This document shows, piece by piece, positions 26,899-30,527 of a DNA stretch of 30,527 nt. Both the position numbers and the translations under genes were made by a program. This DNA is from Campylobacterota bacterium (lineage in GTDB: Bacteria > Campylobacterota > Campylobacteria > Campylobacterales > Sulfurovaceae). Below the pieces are notes generated by a model. That model did not search any database and was not told the DNA's origin. It saw only the letters and a list, made by a program, of their open reading frames with translations. The DNA lies in NCBI GenBank assembly GCA_034722955.1, contig JAYEOM010000078.1, positions 1-30,527 on the forward strand. Direction: 5' to 3'. Each line of letters starts with the position of its first letter. The stretch's first letter is position 1.

Positions 26899-28503
26899 AT
26901 GAACTATTACCCAAAAATAACATACCTTTCACTTCAAAAAATACTCTATGATCGTTTCTCTAAAGAGGGTTTTTTAACACTAAAAGATCTACCACCACCT
27001 AGTCAGCTAAAGGATATGGATAGAGCAACCAAACGAATTGGAGAGGCGATACAAAATAGTGAAAAGATTGTTTTGATAGGAGATTATGATGTAGATGGTG
27101 TTGTCTCTACTACATTGATGAAACTATTTTTTGATGAACTTGGTCTTGATCTGAAATGGATTATTCCCAACCGTTTTAGAGATGGATATGGTTTGAGTCC
27201 TTCGATTATATCTAGGATAGATCTATGTGACCTTGTTATCACTGTAGATAACGGTATATCTGCGGTTGATGCTGCCAAAATGTGTATAGATAGAGGTATA
27301 GATCTGATCATTACAGATCACCATCTTATACCTCCCAAAATACCGCAAGCTTATGCTATCATCGATCAAAAACAGGACTCCTGTACCTTTCCATATAGTG
27401 ATATATGTGGAGCTCAAATCGCTTGGTATCTGATCGCTTCATTAAAAAATTATTTAAAAGTAGATATCGATATCAAATCTTATCTAGAGTTAGTCTCTAT
27501 TGCTATTATTGCTGATATGATGCCTCTCAAACATATCAACAGAGCGATGGTAGTTGCAGGTATTCAACTACTCAACCAAAGCTCAAGACCAGCTATCCGT
27601 GCCTTTAGAGAGTATCTGGATAGAGAGATCTTTGTCAGTAATGATATAGGTTTTCAGTTAGCTCCCATACTCAACAGCGCAGGAAGGATGGAAGATGCCT
27701 CTTTCGCAGTAGAATTTTTAACAAGTAGAAATATTTATGATGCTAAGAGCAGACTTGAAAAGTTGATCAAATTTAACACTGAGAGAAAAGAGGTAGAACA
27801 TACTATTACACAAGAAGCGATAGATCAAGCAGATATAGAGGATGATGTACTTATAGTATATGGTGATGATTGGCATGAAGGAGTAGTTGGCATAGTTGCA
27901 GCACGCATATCCCGACATTTTGGAAAACCTGCTATTGTACTATCCAAATCAGAAAATGGAGATTTCAAAGGAAGCGGAAGAAGCTTTGGAGTTTGTGATC
28001 TTTTTGGTATTACAGATAGTTGTCGAGAATTTCTCTATAAATTTGGTGGACATCAAGCTGCTATCGGATTGACTCTCTCAGAAAAAAATATAGAACCATT
28101 TAGAGTAAGATTGCAAGATAAGTATGCTCTGCAAGAGTATAGACAAAATAGATATGATCCCGATATTATAGGTGAGATTGATTTTAGTGAAATATCTTTC
28201 AGATTGATAGAGATGATTCAAAAATATGAACCCTATGGTCAAGATAATCAAAAACCAAAATTTATCACAAAAAAAGTAAAAATACTCCAAGCAGACAAAA
28301 TGGGAAAAAAAAGAGAACATTTACGCTTTGCACTAGAACACAAAGGAGTGATTTTTACAGGGGTAAAATTTAAAAGCAGTGCCAATTTTTACAGTGGAGA
28401 GTATGTTGAATTATCATATACTATTAATAAAAATCATTTTAAAGGTGAAATATCATTACAATTGATTATAGACAAAATTAGTTTAAATAATATAGTCCAA
28501 TAA
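26899..28503 (+). CDS. recJ: Single-stranded DNA exonuclease RecJ
   Basis: GDYDVDG, DGYGL, TVDNG, TDHH, NSAGR, WHEGVVGIVA, GSGRS and GGH. Confidence 0.95.
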   Translation: MNYYPKITYLSLQKILYDRFSKEGFLTLKDLPPPSQLKDMDRATKRIGEAIQNSEKIVLIGDYDVDGVVSTTLMKLFFDELGLDLKWIIPNRFRDGYGLSPSIISRIDLCDLVITVDNGISAVDAAKMCIDRGIDLIITDHHLIPPKIPQAYAIIDQKQDSCTFPYSDICGAQIAWYLIASLKNYLKVDIDIKSYLELVSIAIIADMMPLKHINRAMVVAGIQLLNQSSRPAIRAFREYLDREIFVSNDIGFQLAPILNSAGRMEDASFAVEFLTSRNIYDAKSRLEKLIKFNTERKEVEHTITQEAIDQADIEDDVLIVYGDDWHEGVVGIVAARISRHFGKPAIVLSKSENGDFKGSGRSFGVCDLFGITDSCREFLYKFGGHQAAIGLTLSEKNIEPFRVRLQDKYALQEYRQNRYDPDIIGEIDFSEISFRLIEMIQKYEPYGQDNQKPKFITKKVKILQADKMGKKREHLRFALEHKGVIFTGVKFKSSANFYSGEYVELSYTINKNHFKGEISLQLIIDKISLNNIVQ

Positions 28504-28587
28504 TATAATATATTTTAGTAAAAATTACCTAAATATTATAAGAATTTATGTAGAATAATAGGAAATGAAAAATATAAAGGAGAAGTT

Positions 28588-30048
28588 TTGGATAAAAAGA
28601 TGCTAAAAGAGGCTATGGAACTCATAGATACTCACTATAAAGAGGAGGGTATCTCCCGTCGTGATGCGATCAAAATGTTTGGTGTTGGTGGAGCTACTAT
28701 GCTTATGGGTAGTGGTGCAGCAACAGAGGCAAATGCTAGCAGTTCTGCAAAAGGTAAGATTCTTATCATAGGTGGTGGACTTGCAGGTATGTCAACAGCA
28801 GCAAAATTGACAAATACACTTGACAATCCAGATATCACAGTATTAGAACCAGGTGAATTTTCAACATCTTATCAGCCTGGTCAGACACTTGTCGGTGCTG
28901 GAGTATGGGAAAATAGTGATACAGAATACAACAGAGATGATTTTGTTCCTAGTGGTGTGACTCTCATCAAAGAGAAAGCAGTAGAGTTTGACCCTAAAAA
29001 CAATACAGTCAAAACAAGCGGTGGAAAAACAATCAAATATGATTTTATGATTATCGCTGCTGGACTGCAATTGGACTTTTCCAAAATCAAAGGATTGGGC
29101 ATCACTGAATCAATCACCTCAAGAGGAGATGATAGTGCGGTTAGAAAAGTTGTTGGTAAAAACGGAATCACCTCTATCTACTTTGCAAACGGTGCAACAG
29201 ATACATGGACAGAGATGCAAAAGTTTATCGCAGATGCAAAAAGTGGCAAAAAAGTAAAAGGTATCTTTACACACCCAAATACACCGATCAAATGTGGTGG
29301 TGCCCCTAAAAAAATCATGTATCTTACTGATGCTAGATTGAGAGAAGCGGGTGCACGAGACAATGCAGATCTTACTTTCTATCCAAATGGTAGCAAAATG
29401 TTTGGTGTCAAAGAGTATCATGATGCGATCGTTAACCAATTTGAAGCAAGAGATATGAAATGGAACTACAGACACAATCTCATCGCTGTAGATCCTGAAA
29501 AGAAGATAGCTACATTCAACAGACACTGGAAAGAGAAGGGTGCATGGGATGAAGATCTTGAGGATTACAGTATTGAGATGAAGAGTAAAACGGTAGAAAA
29601 ACCGTTTGATTTCCTCCATATCTCTCCTCCAATGTCAGCTGCCAAAGAGATAGCAAAATCACCAGTAGGTTCATCAAAAGGCTGGGTACCAGTCAACAAA
29701 GAGACACTACAGCATATCAAATATCCTAATATATTTGCACTGGGTGATATCGCAGCAGTTCCTATGGGAAAAACAGGCGGATCTGCTAGAAAGCAGTATA
29801 AAGTTGTTGTAGACAATCTTATCTCAGTTATGGAAGGTAAAGAGCCTACTGCTAAATATGAGGGTTATACTGTATGTCCATTGATTACAAGTCTCAGCAC
29901 AGTAATGCTTGCTGAGTTTAACTGGACTAAAAAGCCAACTCCTTCATTTCCTCTTGACCCTACGGTAGAGAGATATATTTGGTGGTTGTTGAAAGTCTAT
30001 GCACTTAAGCCTATGACACAATATGGTATGCTTTCTGGTAGAGCATAA
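28588..30048 (+). CDS. Tat-exported FAD oxidoreductase, sulfide:quinone oxidoreductase (type II/SqrB-like)
   Basis: SRRDAIK twin-arginine signal and ANA-S cleavage site; GGGLAG FAD motif; YQPG.TLV; KCGGAPKK; FALGD; YTVCPL. TTG start after AAGGAG. Confidence 0.85.
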   Translation: MDKKMLKEAMELIDTHYKEEGISRRDAIKMFGVGGATMLMGSGAATEANASSSAKGKILIIGGGLAGMSTAAKLTNTLDNPDITVLEPGEFSTSYQPGQTLVGAGVWENSDTEYNRDDFVPSGVTLIKEKAVEFDPKNNTVKTSGGKTIKYDFMIIAAGLQLDFSKIKGLGITESITSRGDDSAVRKVVGKNGITSIYFANGATDTWTEMQKFIADAKSGKKVKGIFTHPNTPIKCGGAPKKIMYLTDARLREAGARDNADLTFYPNGSKMFGVKEYHDAIVNQFEARDMKWNYRHNLIAVDPEKKIATFNRHWKEKGAWDEDLEDYSIEMKSKTVEKPFDFLHISPPMSAAKEIAKSPVGSSKGWVPVNKETLQHIKYPNIFALGDIAAVPMGKTGGSARKQYKVVVDNLISVMEGKEPTAKYEGYTVCPLITSLSTVMLAEFNWTKKPTPSFPLDPTVERYIWWLLKVYALKPMTQYGMLSGRA

Positions 30049-30073
30049 GAAATTAGAAGAAAAAGGAGAATTT

Positions 30074-30527
30074 ATGAAGAAAATGAATATGATTATACTA
30101 TCAGCTGCTGCTCTATTTGCACTGAGCGGATGTAGTGATGCACCTGAGAGTACATCAGAGGCAAAAACATATAGTAAGACACCTGCTGAAGTTTATGAAC
30201 AATCATGCAAAAAGTGTCATGGTGACAATGGTGAAGGTAATGTTAAAAAGAAGGGTCCAGCACTCAATGATAGACAAGCAGAAGAGCTTGAGCTTGATCT
30301 ATATGATGTAAAAAATGGTGGTTTGAACCAATCATCCGGAACAGACCATGATGTTATGGAACACAATATGCAGAAGCTTTTGGCAAAAGGGTATGATTAT
30401 GATCCTAAAGCAATGGCTGTATATTTAGAAAAAACTTTTTACAAAATGGATGCCCCAAAAGCGGAAGTAGTAGAAGAGGCAGCAGTCGAAGCACCAGCAG
30501 AGGCAGCTCCAGTAGAAGCAGCTCCAG
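30074..30527 (+). CDS. Monoheme cytochrome c lipoprotein, truncated at the window end
   Basis: Not in the ORF track. Manual translation MKKMNMIILSAAALFALSGCSD..., with lipobox LSGC, heme motif CKKCH, a candidate distal Met and an Ala/Glu/Pro-rich tail; AAAAGGAG RBS. Confidence 0.88.
   Translation, partial: MKKMNMIILSAAALFALSGCSDAPESTSEAKTYSKTPAEVYEQSCKKCHGDNGEGNVKKKGPALNDRQAEELELDLYDVKNGGLNQSSGTDHDVMEHNMQKLLAKGYDYDPKAMAVYLEKTFYKMDAPKAEVVEEAAVEAPAEAAPVEAAP

Noticed and set aside
29119..29619. 166-aa antisense ORF, and similar shadow ORFs within hisF, rlmN, thyX, kdsD and recJ
   Set aside because: They lie opposite or within well-supported genes and have no motifs.

Overview
AT-rich chromosomal window from a Campylobacterota (epsilonproteobacterial, probably Sulfurovum-like) bacterium that spans the replication origin. 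The order ruvC <- oriC1 -> dnaA - oriC2 - dnaN is present, with clustered TTCAC-type DnaA boxes, a DnaA-trio tract and two parS palindromes hidden inside coding genes. Core genes: rarA, two pseudouridine synthases, kdsD, rnj, rsmA, hisF, rlmN, purB, dGTPase, thyX, an L,D-transpeptidase, pyrG and recJ. Accessory genes: a truncated secreted caspase-like protein with a TPR-like partner, an Ig-domain metallophosphoesterase lipoprotein, a tandem paralog pair, an Excalibur protein, an acyltransferase, an outer-membrane beta-barrel, and a Tat-exported SQR-like flavoprotein followed by a cytochrome c lipoprotein. The main structure not explained by the ORFs is two families of small non-autonomous repeats. 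One is GTAG-type REP/REPIN hairpins; the other is a structured MITE-like element with GGCTACCC ends at three loci. Product calls come from motif recognition only; no database search was run.
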